Shown piece by piece: positions 1 through 8,903 of a stretch of 64,000 nt of DNA. The position numbers and the translations under genes are program-made. The stretch covers positions 450,273 to 514,272 of the forward strand of contig CAWEAQ010000001.1 in the NCBI GenBank assembly GCA_963807205.1, given 5' to 3'. The stretch comes from an uncultured Solibacteraceae bacterium (GTDB lineage Bacteria; Acidobacteriota; Terriglobia; Bryobacterales; Bryobacteraceae). Position 1 is the stretch's first letter. Each line of letters opens with the position of its first letter. The notes under the pieces were generated by a model. It was not told the origin of the DNA. It saw nothing but the letters and a program-made list of their open reading frames with translations, and searched no databases.

Positions 1-500
1 GCGATCACCGCGGCGCCGCCGAAGCTTTCGAAGGTTGCCTGAAATTCCGTCCCAACTGGCCCGAAGCCTACGCCAACCTGGCGCTGGCCTACATCGGCCT
101 GGAAGAGCGCGAACGCGCCGAGCGCATCTACGAGAAGATGCTGGAGGGCGACCCCAAGAACGTGGACGCCCTGCGCGGCCTGGCCGCCCTCTCGATTCAC
201 TCCAACGATTTCGATGCGGCACTCGAGTACCATGTTCGCCTGATCGACCTTGGCGAGAGTTCAGCGGAAGTCCTGTACAATACGGGTCTCATGCACGAAA
301 AGAACGGCCGTTTGGATAAGGCCGTCGCCATGTACCGTGAGGCCCTGGCCGCACAGCCGGAGATGCCGGAAGCGCTCCTCAATCTGGGGCGCATTCTGGA
401 AACCAACGGTAGGTCCGATGAAGCGCGCTCCTGCTGGGGCAAGGCCCTGGAGTCCGAACCGGCACTGGCGCAAGGATACTTTGGACCTGCAATCGAGTAA
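1..500 (+). CDS. TPR-repeat protein (5' end outside window)
   Basis: The frame is open from the window edge (..DHRGAAEAFEGCLKFRPNWPEAYANLALAYIGLEERERAERIYEKM..) and is continuous with tracked ORF 138..500. It shows 34-residue TPR-like periodicity. Stop TAA is at 498-500. Confidence 0.75.
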   Translation, partial: DHRGAAEAFEGCLKFRPNWPEAYANLALAYIGLEERERAERIYEKMLEGDPKNVDALRGLAALSIHSNDFDAALEYHVRLIDLGESSAEVLYNTGLMHEKNGRLDKAVAMYREALAAQPEMPEALLNLGRILETNGRSDEARSCWGKALESEPALAQGYFGPAIE

Positions 501-503
501 TAC

Positions 504-848
504 TTGTTTCTGGCCGAGCCCTCGACCGTACTGCTCGAGTTTCTAGCATGGTTTGTCTGGCTGGCTGGTTTTGCCGTTGTCCAGAACAGGCTGTGCGATA
601 GATTCCCGGGTATGCGCTCGGCCTGCCGTCAGGCCTACATCACAACCATGATCCTCCCCATATTGGCGGGGGTCTGTCTGATGGCGGTGTCGGGCGCCAA
701 TGCCGATCTGTTCGCGGTGCTCAACCGTGCCTTCGGGGCCGGAGTGTTCGCCCAGACCTGCCTGCGGTCGATCATGCTGCTGCGGTCGCTGGCGATGCGG
801 GGAGAGGTGGCGATTCCCTGCCCTTCGCCTTACCGTCCGGCGGGGTAG
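504..848 (+). CDS. hypothetical membrane protein
   Basis: TTG start lies 3 nt after the TPR stop. There are three hydrophobic helices (VLLEFLAWFVWLAGFAVV, ITTMILPILAGVCLMAVSG, AFGAGVFAQTCLRSIMLL) and GC-rich third codon positions. No family was recognised. Confidence 0.35.
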   Translation: MFLAEPSTVLLEFLAWFVWLAGFAVVQNRLCDRFPGMRSACRQAYITTMILPILAGVCLMAVSGANADLFAVLNRAFGAGVFAQTCLRSIMLLRSLAMRGEVAIPCPSPYRPAG

Positions 849-945
849 ACCACCGTGATGGTAGCGCTGGCGGGCGCATTCAACCATTCGCTTCGCCAGC
901 CCGCCGCTCCGGAGCGCGGTGCGTAGGTTGCGCGTAACTGATGGC

Positions 946-3222
946 TTAGCGGCTGCCCGGCGACGGATTGAGTAAGCGCACGCCACCCTTGCCGACCTCG
1001 TTTCCCTTCTCGTCGGTTACGGTCAGTTGGAAAGTCAGGTCTTTCGTCTGCGGCGTGTATACTACGCCCAGACCGCTGGTGAGCTGGTCGCGAGAAATAG
1101 GGTAGTTCTGGCGAGTGTAGCCGTCCAGTACCTGCAGCACGCCATTTTGGCCATTCCTGACGGCGGAAGAGTCGAGGTTCCACCTCAACACCAGATCGGA
1201 CCCGGCATGTTCCACTCGCAGCCCGAGAGTTGAAAGACCTGGCTGCCCCGCCTGCCCCAGGGGCGAATCCGTTGAAACCGGTTGCGGCGGCGGCCCGTCA
1301 GCGAGCGCGAAGGTTACGTCGACGGTGGTATCCACCTCCACTGGCTCGCCGTTCAGCTTCGTGGGCTTGTATCTCCACTGCCGGACCGCTTCCATTGCCG
1401 GCGTCGTTAGTAGCGGATGAGCGGGTGGAATCACCGTGATGCTTTGCACGTTTCCTTCCGTCGAAATGATGACGTGCAAGTGCACCACGCCTGTGATCCG
1501 AGCCTGCATGGCGATCGGCGGGTAAGCCGGCTTCGGCCCGTCGATCAGCATGGCCGCCTGAACGTTGCCGCCGATTTGGACGCGCCGCGGGGTCCCGCGT
1601 GTTTGCGGGCCGGAGCCCGGAGTGCTACCGAGCGCGGCGGCGACCGTGGCGTCCGGCGTGGAGATGGACAGGGTCGTCTCGTGGTTCTTGTCCGTGCGCC
1701 CTGTCAGGAGCAAGTGCGAATCGAAAGCTCGAACCGCAAGATAGGTCCGGTTCATGGCGTCGGGCGAGAACGCATCGCCAACATGAACCGGCAGTGCCGC
1801 CAGCAGGTCGGCGCGCGCCTGCTCGGATAATCCGCTCACTTCGATGCTGACGATCTTGGACGGTTCGAGCCCAGGCGCCTGGATGCCCTTCTGAGCCAAG
1901 GTGTTGGCAAGGGCCGCTGCGGACCTAGCCGCCACCTCCGCCTGGAACTCCGGAGAGAGGTGCGCCGGACCCGCCGGAGCTGCGGCCTGTGCCGGCAACT
2001 GGAAGCTCACCGTTACCGTCCGCCCGCCGCCCGCCGAGTCCTTTGAAAAGTGCCAGCTCAGCACCGATTCCAGCACGGCCTTGCGCAACTCGTCAGGCCC
2101 ACTGACTATGTTGGCATCCACCACCGTGCCGTCCGCTCCCAGCCTGACCTGCACGGCAACCGTCCCCTGCACGCCCTCGGCCAGAGCCTCGGCGGGATAT
2201 CGCACCGCCGGCCGGTGCAACAGTTGAGCGCCACTCAACTCCACCGAAATACCGGGGCCATCCACCACCAGTTGCGGTTCGGCCGCCAGCGGGAAAGCCG
2301 CCGTCACGAACCATCCCGCCACCGCCATCAACCCAAGGCCCAACAGCAACGTCGCTATCGATCTCGTCCTTGACATTCGAATCTCCTTTACCACCGCCAT
2401 CACTCTTTGCTTTAGATGCCGTTTCCGCAGAAACAGCGGAGCCGGCGCCAGGTCGAACTCCATCCGCGCGCCCGCCACGGCCAGCAGCGCGTCCACATAA
2501 TGGTCGCGCGCCTGCGTGCGGTCCACTACTTCGCGGTCCACGGCCTGCTCGCGCGCCAGTTGGATTTCGCCCAGCAGCCACCAGATGGCCGGGTGAAACC
2601 AGAAGAGGGCGCGCACGAGCTCTTCGGCCACCGTGAACGCCCAATCGTGGCGCTCCACATGGAGCGCTTCGTGACACAGCACGGCCTCTTGCATGGCCGG
2701 CGGCAACTCGTCGAAATTCCGCGGCAGTAACACCACGGGCGACCGCAACCCGAAAGTAACCGGGCTGCCTACGTCCTCCGAGAGGCGGTACTCCGGCCGC
2801 GGACCGAGCGTCACTGCCGGGCCGGACCAGGGCGTGGAGCGGCGGCGGTAGCGCCGCAATTTCGCGAAACCCACCGCCAGCCACCCGAGCCGCGCCAGCA
2901 CGCCCGCCGCCAGCACCACCAGCCCGAGCTCGCCTGGCGACCAGTGGGGCCGCGCGGGGACCGATGGCGCCGGCGCGGGCGCCACCCCAGCCACCGGGGC
3001 CGCGGGCGCGGCCACCGGCGTCGTCACGGCTACCACCGCCCGCTTCCAGGGGCGCGTTTGCGGCAGCACCAGGCAGGCCGCCAGCAACACTTGCAGATAC
3101 ACCAGGCGCGCCTTGGGCGGGTGCAGCCGCAACAGCGCGGGCACCATTGACGCCACCCCCACCAGCAGCCCAACCTGCAGGCTGTACGCCACCACGTTGT
3201 CCCACAGCAATGCCGTGTTCAT
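946..3222 (-). CDS. BlaR1-like M56 metallopeptidase signal transducer fused to two TonB C-terminal domains
   Basis: ORF 946..3522 is trimmed to ATG 3222 (MNTALLWDNVVAYSLQ..). This ATG overlaps the stop of the upstream BlaI-like gene as ATGA (3219-3222). The protein has N-terminal TM helices and the M56 zinc motif HEALHVERHD. It has two TonB_C-like modules (..VRYPAEALAEGVQGTVAVQVRLGADGTVVD.. and ..KPAYPPIAMQARITGVVHLHVIISTEGNV..QWRYKP..). An unassigned tail of about 120 aa follows. Confidence 0.85.
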   Translation of the reverse strand: MNTALLWDNVVAYSLQVGLLVGVASMVPALLRLHPPKARLVYLQVLLAACLVLPQTRPWKRAVVAVTTPVAAPAAPVAGVAPAPAPSVPARPHWSPGELGLVVLAAGVLARLGWLAVGFAKLRRYRRRSTPWSGPAVTLGPRPEYRLSEDVGSPVTFGLRSPVVLLPRNFDELPPAMQEAVLCHEALHVERHDWAFTVAEELVRALFWFHPAIWWLLGEIQLAREQAVDREVVDRTQARDHYVDALLAVAGARMEFDLAPAPLFLRKRHLKQRVMAVVKEIRMSRTRSIATLLLGLGLMAVAGWFVTAAFPLAAEPQLVVDGPGISVELSGAQLLHRPAVRYPAEALAEGVQGTVAVQVRLGADGTVVDANIVSGPDELRKAVLESVLSWHFSKDSAGGGRTVTVSFQLPAQAAAPAGPAHLSPEFQAEVAARSAAALANTLAQKGIQAPGLEPSKIVSIEVSGLSEQARADLLAALPVHVGDAFSPDAMNRTYLAVRAFDSHLLLTGRTDKNHETTLSISTPDATVAAALGSTPGSGPQTRGTPRRVQIGGNVQAAMLIDGPKPAYPPIAMQARITGVVHLHVIISTEGNVQSITVIPPAHPLLTTPAMEAVRQWRYKPTKLNGEPVEVDTTVDVTFALADGPPPQPVSTDSPLGQAGQPGLSTLGLRVEHAGSDLVLRWNLDSSAVRNGQNGVLQVLDGYTRQNYPISRDQLTSGLGVVYTPQTKDLTFQLTVTDEKGNEVGKGGVRLLNPSPGSR

Positions 3223-3590
3223 GGCTTTCTCCGCATCTCGGCGATTTCTTTCAGCTCTTCCGCAGTCAGTTCCCGATCCTGCACCAAGTGCACCAGAAGG
3301 GGTTGCGCGCTCCCGTTGAAGACCCGGTCGACGAATTCCCGCACCATATCTCCGATCACCTGGCGCTTGGGCTGCGCGGGCCGATAGACGAACGCGCGGT
3401 CGACCTGAGTCTTCTTGAGGTACTTCTTGCGCTCCAGGATCTTCATCATGGTCATGACGGTGGTGTAGGCGACCTTGCGCCGCGCGAGCAGCGTCTCGTA
3501 AACGTCGCGCACGGTGGCGCATTCGCGCTCCCAGACGATCTTCATGATCTCCAGTTCCTGCCCGGTCAATGTGCCGCTCGGATGCCGCAT
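3219..3590 (-). CDS. BlaI/MecI/CopY-family transcriptional repressor
   Basis: 123 aa. The winged-helix N-terminus is typical of the family (LTGQELEIMKIVWERECATVRDVYETLLARRKVAYTTVMTMMKILERKKYL). It is translationally coupled to the M56 gene. Confidence 0.9.
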   Translation of the reverse strand: MRHPSGTLTGQELEIMKIVWERECATVRDVYETLLARRKVAYTTVMTMMKILERKKYLKKTQVDRAFVYRPAQPKRQVIGDMVREFVDRVFNGSAQPLLVHLVQDRELTAEELKEIAEMRRKP

Positions 3591-3729
3591 ACTAGTTATT
3601 TAGTACTAACTGGTGGTGATGTCAAGTGGAATCTGCGGTGCCGAAAGCGGCCGCGGCCTGGCCCGGTTGCGCGGCCCGCCCACGCGGCTGGCCAGACGAT
3701 ATAATCGCCAGTCAGAAGGAGATTGCCGA

Positions 3730-4974
3730 ATGAGACTGCGTTTCCCTGCGCTGCTGGTGATGGCGCCGATGGTAGTGGCGCCCCTGGCTTTCCCGATATC
3801 GGCTCAGGCCCAGCCGAGGAGCACCGATCACTGGGTAGCCACGTGGGCCACGGCGGAGAATCTGGTCCGTCTGCAAGCCCCGTCGGCGCCAGGCGCACAG
3901 GGCTTTCACAACCAGACCGTCCGTATGGCGGCGCGCATCAGCATGGGCGGACGGCGCCTCAGGATTAAGATTGCCAACGCCTTCGGGGTCGCGCCGCTGG
4001 CAGTGGGATCGGCGCGCATCGCAGTGCGCGCCAAGGAAGCGGATATCGCCGCCGGCTCCGATCACGCACTGACGTTTGCGGGCAAGCCGGGCTGCACCAT
4101 CGGGCCTGGGGTAGTGATGACCAGCGATCCCGTGGACATGACCGTGGCGCCGCTGGCCAGCCTGTCGGTGAGCCTCTACTTCCCCGGCGAAACCGGTCCG
4201 CCCACCAGCCATTCCACCGGATTGCACAACACTTACATCAAGGAGGGCGACACCACGGCCGACGCCTCCATGGCCGATGGGCAGAAGACCCAGCAGTATT
4301 ACTGGCTGGCGGCGATCGATGTGCTGGCGCCCGCCGACGCCGCGGCGGTGGTGGCCTTTGGCGATTCCATCACCGATGGCGCGCGCTCCGACCCGGAGAC
4401 GGATCACTGTTGGCCGGCACTGCTGGCCTCGCGCCTGGCCGCCAACAAGGCTACCGCCCGGATCGGCGTGGCCAATCTGGGGATCGGCGGCAACCGCGTG
4501 CTGCGCGACATCAGCGGCGCCAGCGCCCTGGCGCGATTCGACCGCGACGTTCTGAGCCAGTCCGGCGTGAAGTGGGTGATGATCCTGGAAGGCATCAACG
4601 ATATCGGCCATGGCGCTACCACGCCCGCTGAGGCGGTGACGGCCGAGGATCTGATCGCCGGCCACAATCTGCTCATTGAAATGGCGCATGCCCATGGCCT
4701 CCAGGCGATCGGCTGCACGCTGACTCCCTACGAAGGCGCCAGCTACGCCCGCGAAAACGGCGAGGCCATCCGCGAAGCCCTGAACGCGTGGATCCGCTCG
4801 AGCGGCGCCTACGACGTGGTCGTGGATTTCGATGCGGCCACCCGGGACCCCGCCAGTCCCAAGCGTATTCGCGCCGCATACGACCCTGGCGATCACCTGC
4901 ACCCCAACAACGCGGGGTATCAAGCCATGGCGGATGCCGTCAATCTTGCGATATTTGCGGGCAAGATAAAATAG
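3730..4974 (+). CDS. SGNH/GDSL-family hydrolase, secreted
   Basis: ATG 3730 is preceded by AAGGAG 8-10 nt upstream. Signal peptide is MRLRFPALLVMAPMVVAPLAFPISAQA. GDS block is VVAFGDSITDG and the C-terminal catalytic block is DPGDHLHPN. Confidence 0.85.
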   Translation: MRLRFPALLVMAPMVVAPLAFPISAQAQPRSTDHWVATWATAENLVRLQAPSAPGAQGFHNQTVRMAARISMGGRRLRIKIANAFGVAPLAVGSARIAVRAKEADIAAGSDHALTFAGKPGCTIGPGVVMTSDPVDMTVAPLASLSVSLYFPGETGPPTSHSTGLHNTYIKEGDTTADASMADGQKTQQYYWLAAIDVLAPADAAAVVAFGDSITDGARSDPETDHCWPALLASRLAANKATARIGVANLGIGGNRVLRDISGASALARFDRDVLSQSGVKWVMILEGINDIGHGATTPAEAVTAEDLIAGHNLLIEMAHAHGLQAIGCTLTPYEGASYARENGEAIREALNAWIRSSGAYDVVVDFDAATRDPASPKRIRAAYDPGDHLHPNNAGYQAMADAVNLAIFAGKIK

Positions 4975-5040
4975 CGGGTGGGGCCGGAAAGGCATTCGTC
5001 TTACGCCGGCGTTTGTTTTCGCACAATTCCGAGTAATACT

Positions 5041-5058
5041 CTGGTACCCCTGGTACCC
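5041..5058. repeat. tandem 9-bp direct repeat CTGGTACCC x2, each containing the palindrome GGTACC
   Basis: Read directly: ..taatactCTGGTACCCCTGGTACCCgcc.., 56-107 nt upstream of the candidate starts of the receiver-like gene. Confidence 0.6.
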
Positions 5059-5113
5059 GCCATCGCGCTATGTCGCCGACATGCGTCGGTCTGCGCCTCT
5101 ATACGAAATTTAA

Positions 5114-5611
5114 GTGGCTGAAAAAACGGCGATTTCGGTTAAAGTAGAGTGTAGATTGAAGAATATGAAGGCTCCAATGCCGCAGCTCGGCGGTGGCAAT
5201 CGGCGGGCGCTGGATCTGGCCCGAGTCCTCCTGGTACATGGTGAATTAGCGCCCCGTTTAGCCCTGCAAACCATTTTGCAGGCCGGGGGATACGCCGTGG
5301 ATGTTGCCGCCAGTCCCTCAGAAGCCTTTGCCAAGCTCGACGAAGGACAATACGAACTGGTACTCAGCGGTGCCGAGTTCGGCTCGCGCCACGGCCGCAA
5401 TGTGTTGGCCTACGCCCGTGTCAAGAATTACCACCCGGCCACCGCTGTGGTGACGTCCTATGAGCCGAGTCTCGCCAAACGCCGGTCGAAGCCACTCAAC
5501 CACGAGGTGGCGATCCACACGGAGAACTTGCCTAACCTCCTGGGAGAGGTGGCCGAACTGATCGGCGTGCGCGCCAGCCGCCGCTATCGACCTCTGCACC
5601 ACACGGTTTAG
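5114..5611 (+). CDS. receiver-domain-like protein lacking the canonical acidic pocket (pseudo-receiver)
   Basis: The CheY-like layout (RVLLVHGELAPRLALQTILQAGGYAVDVAASPSEAFAKLDEGQYELVLSGAEF...ATAVVTSYEP) has HG in place of DD and S in place of the phospho-acceptor D. The start is either GTG 5114 or ATG 5165. Confidence 0.55.
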   Translation: MAEKTAISVKVECRLKNMKAPMPQLGGGNRRALDLARVLLVHGELAPRLALQTILQAGGYAVDVAASPSEAFAKLDEGQYELVLSGAEFGSRHGRNVLAYARVKNYHPATAVVTSYEPSLAKRRSKPLNHEVAIHTENLPNLLGEVAELIGVRASRRYRPLHHTV

Positions 5612-5650
5612 GCCGATAGCCCAGGCGTCCCGCCGCTCATTCGGCTTCCA

Positions 5651-7558
5651 TCACTGCACGGCGATAGAGAGGGTTTGCGTGCCCGCGGTGCCACCCAGGC
5701 TGAACGTCACCGGGACGTTATCGCCCGAGGCAACCTGCGGCACCACCAGATTGAACTGATACAGCCCAAGGAAGTTGGGCGCCAATCCCTGGTAGCTCAC
5801 GGTGGCTTGCGTCCCGCCGATGAAGATCTTGAGGGGCAGCACCAGCGTGTCTTGCACCTTCACAATCTGGCCGGCCGGACTATCCGGCGTCACGCTGCCG
5901 AATCCGATGCCGTACAGAGTGATGTTGTCCCCAACCTTGGCACGCTGCGAAGCGATGCCGGGAACCGCGCCTGGCGGCATGACAAATGTGGTGCCATTGG
6001 GGAAAAGCGCCCCCACATATTGCGTGCCGTTGACCAGGAACTGCTGAGGAGCGAACAGCCCGGGCTGCGTAGCGTTGACGCTGACGGTGTACGCCGCGCT
6101 GCTGCCGTTGGCGGTCTTGACGATCAGTTGCTGCTGTCCGCTGGGCACGTTCGAGGGCACCTGCACGTTCACCTGGCCGCCGCTAATGTAGTCGGGAAAC
6201 GCCAATTGGCCGCCAATGGTGACCGTGGTCCCGTCAAGACCAGTGGGTGCGGCCAGGCCAGTGAAGTCGGCGCCTGTCCATTGGCGGGCGTCGATCGCCA
6301 GGTTGGAACCGTAGATTTCGATCCACGAGCCGGGAGCGATGGACGAAGAAGCGCCGAACTGGCCAGCGCTCTGAAGGGCCGAGACCGTTGGCGGGTTGGG
6401 CGTCAACATGCGGAGCACGTTGTTGCTGGAGTCGGCGATGTACACGTTGCCGGTCGAGGAATCCACCGCGATCCCGGTCGGGAAATTCAGTTTGGCGCCC
6501 GTCGCGATGGCTCCGTCGCCAGTGTAGCCGACGCCCGCCCCGCCGGCGATGGTGTGAATGATGCCGTCGGTTGTGATCACCCGGATCCGGCTGTTTCCGT
6601 AATCGGCGATGAAGAGGTCGCCGGTGGAGTCCAAGGCAAGTCCCCAGGGGTGGCTTACCTGGGCCTTGTTAGCCGGACCGCCGTCGCCCGCGCTGCCGGA
6701 CGTGCCAGTGCCCGCAATGGTCGTGATGGTGCCATCGGTCCCTATGCGCCGGATGCGGTTGTTCCCGTTATCGGCGAAGTATACGTTGCCGGCGGCGTCA
6801 ACCACAATGCCTTGCGGCCGGTTTAGAGTAGCGTTGACCGCCGGGCCGTTGTCCCCGCCGTAGGTGATCGTGGTGCTGCCGTTGCCCGCGTAGGTGGAGA
6901 TGTTGCCGGTAATGGGGTCCACCACGCGGACACGGTTATTGACGCTGTCCGAGACGAAGATCCTGCCCGCCGAATCCACCGCCGCGGCGAAAGGATTGGC
7001 AAGTTCGGCATCGATGGCGATGGAGCCGTCGCCCGTAAAACCCGAGGTGCCGTTGCCGGCCACGGTCTGGATGGTTCCATCGGCGGCGTAGATCTCGCGC
7101 ACCACCTGATTCATCAGATCGCTGACGAACAGGTTTCCGGACCCGTCGAAAAACAAGCCGTAGGGCTTATTGAACAGGGCGTTGGCGGCAGGCCCGCCAT
7201 CGCCGCTGTAACCGGAGTTGGCCTTTCCGGCCATGGTGCTGATGATGCCGCCGGCGATCTTGCGGATCTTGTTATTGCTGCTGTCGGAAAAGTAGATCGT
7301 GTGAGACGCATCCACCGCCACGGAGATGGGCGCATTGAGGTAGGCGCTGGTGGCCTGGCCGCCGTCTCCGGAGGAACCGGCGGTGGTTGCATACGCGGTG
7401 CCGCCAGTCCCGGCGATAGTGGAGATGGTGTAGGAACTTGGCTGCGCCGCTAGCAATGCGGGCAGGAGCAGCCATGCGACTCTGCCGGCGAAACCGGAGA
7501 CCCTCCGGCAATAACGAAATCGACACTTCTGATCCGGATCGGCGGAATTGCGAGACAC
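5651..7558 (-). CDS. secreted NHL-repeat beta-propeller protein with Solibacter-type C-terminal Ig-like domain
   Basis: The tracked ORF is trimmed to GTG 7558, preceded by GGGAGG 6 nt upstream. There are more than 6 repeats of the type GDGGPA..A.LN.P.GVAVD..GN.YIAD..NNRIR. The C-terminal part (..PGSWIEIYGSNLA...GTTVTIGGQLAFPDYISGGQVNVQVP..PGLF..) resembles the 'Solibacter uncharacterized C-terminal domain' pattern. Confidence 0.85.
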   Translation of the reverse strand: MSRNSADPDQKCRFRYCRRVSGFAGRVAWLLLPALLAAQPSSYTISTIAGTGGTAYATTAGSSGDGGQATSAYLNAPISVAVDASHTIYFSDSSNNKIRKIAGGIISTMAGKANSGYSGDGGPAANALFNKPYGLFFDGSGNLFVSDLMNQVVREIYAADGTIQTVAGNGTSGFTGDGSIAIDAELANPFAAAVDSAGRIFVSDSVNNRVRVVDPITGNISTYAGNGSTTITYGGDNGPAVNATLNRPQGIVVDAAGNVYFADNGNNRIRRIGTDGTITTIAGTGTSGSAGDGGPANKAQVSHPWGLALDSTGDLFIADYGNSRIRVITTDGIIHTIAGGAGVGYTGDGAIATGAKLNFPTGIAVDSSTGNVYIADSSNNVLRMLTPNPPTVSALQSAGQFGASSSIAPGSWIEIYGSNLAIDARQWTGADFTGLAAPTGLDGTTVTIGGQLAFPDYISGGQVNVQVPSNVPSGQQQLIVKTANGSSAAYTVSVNATQPGLFAPQQFLVNGTQYVGALFPNGTTFVMPPGAVPGIASQRAKVGDNITLYGIGFGSVTPDSPAGQIVKVQDTLVLPLKIFIGGTQATVSYQGLAPNFLGLYQFNLVVPQVASGDNVPVTFSLGGTAGTQTLSIAVQ

Positions 7559-7776
7559 TACAAACCTCCCTGGGACGCGAACGCGCTGGATACTATTTGG
7601 ACGGGCCTTCGCAACGAAGCGTTGCAGCCAATCGCGACCCGCGCCGTTCCCGCACGGGCACATTCAAATCCTAGCAAACACTTCAGATCCGCGTCTATGG
7701 CGAGGCCGAGGGAGCCGCCAGGGTTGCAAGGCCGGTCGGGGACACTGGTGTCGGCAAGCGACCCACTGCCGCGAGC

Positions 7777-8805
7777 CTAGTGGCCGTGTCCACCGCCCGA
7801 CGAGCCGTGTCCGGCCGAGGAGGAAGCCGCCGCGGACGAAGACGTGGACCCCATGGAACTGGACGGCGCGGAACTCACCGACGACACCGAATTCGACACG
7901 CCCGAACTCCCGATCGAGGATGCGGGCATAGTGTTGTAGGGCACCGTATTGTTCGAGTTTCCCCCGTTGTTGTACACCGGCGGCTGGTAATAGGCCTGCC
8001 CAACCGTATATGGGCTGTAATACGGGTAGCCGTATGGGCTGTTCAGGTAGCCATTGCAGGGAACGTAGGTGATCACGCCGTACCACGGGTTCCAAACCCA
8101 GCCGCATTGGCCGTATCCATATCCCATTCCCATGCCGATATTGAAGGAAGGGCGCGTCGAAGCCGATTTGGCCGCGGAGGGATTCGCCATCGCTAATACC
8201 ATTCCCCGATGGCTGCTCCAGTGGTCCAGCGAATCGGTCTCCTCGATATTGAACTTTTCCACACTTGCGGTATCGCCGGCCAGACTGATCGCCTTCCCGC
8301 CCGCCACCATGATGGCTTCCACCGTTTCGGCACCCAACTTGACGTCCGCCAGGCCCTTGAACACCCGCAAGCGTCCGGGTTCGGCGTCGAAGCGGTAGAT
8401 GCCCATCTTGGAAAGACCCACGATGCCGGACTTGCAAACCACGGTTACGGAAGTGTCCTTCTCGACGTTGTCGGCCTCCACCACGGCCGAGCCGGTGAGC
8501 AATTCCAGGCGGGTGTCGATCAACCGGTTGGTGATCATCTTCAGGGAGCCGTTCTCGCCCAGGCGCAAAACCACTCCAGGGGTCAGCAGCACCTCGGCGC
8601 GTCCATCCTCGGTGCGCAGCGTGCCACCCTCCTTGATCTGCGGGAAGTGGACGGTGGAAAACTCCAGCCGCTCCTCGTCCAGATAGACCTTGCCCTCGAT
8701 GTACGCCACGGCTCCGGCTTTGGCTGAGGTCACAGGCTGGCCCGCGGCCGGACCAATCCCCAGCGCCAGAACCACCGCCAACGCCGCCAGCATTCGAATT
8801 GGCAT
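7777..8805 (-). CDS. secreted FecR-domain-like protein with Tyr/Gly/Pro-rich and Ser-rich low-complexity tail
   Basis: Signal peptide is MPIRMLAALAVVLALGIGPAAG. The FecR-like core is (AYIEGKVYLDEERL...GGTLRTEDGRAEVLLTPGVVLRLGENGSLKM). The tail reads GYGYGQCGWVWNPWYG..YPYYSPYT..SSVSSAPSSSMGSTSSSAAASSSAGHGSSGGGHGH. Confidence 0.7.
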   Translation of the reverse strand: MPIRMLAALAVVLALGIGPAAGQPVTSAKAGAVAYIEGKVYLDEERLEFSTVHFPQIKEGGTLRTEDGRAEVLLTPGVVLRLGENGSLKMITNRLIDTRLELLTGSAVVEADNVEKDTSVTVVCKSGIVGLSKMGIYRFDAEPGRLRVFKGLADVKLGAETVEAIMVAGGKAISLAGDTASVEKFNIEETDSLDHWSSHRGMVLAMANPSAAKSASTRPSFNIGMGMGYGYGQCGWVWNPWYGVITYVPCNGYLNSPYGYPYYSPYTVGQAYYQPPVYNNGGNSNNTVPYNTMPASSIGSSGVSNSVSSVSSAPSSSMGSTSSSAAASSSAGHGSSGGGHGH

Positions 8806-8903
8806 CGTCGCACCTCGCTACATTCAGCTTGATCGGGTTTCGGCGGGTTGTCAAGATTCCCGCATGTAGCCATTTAGGGCCTATCGGCACGGCCACAAGG
8901 AGT

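Noticed and set aside
3223-3522. N-terminal 100 codons of tracked ORF 946..3522 (MRHRARRLRD...)
   Set aside because: This part overlaps the BlaI-like gene in another frame and is Arg-rich. The ATG at 3222 gives a typical M56 N-terminus and an ATGA overlap with the repressor stop.
3712-4995. 427-aa minus-strand ORF
   Set aside because: It is antisense to the SGNH hydrolase gene. It is a shadow ORF.
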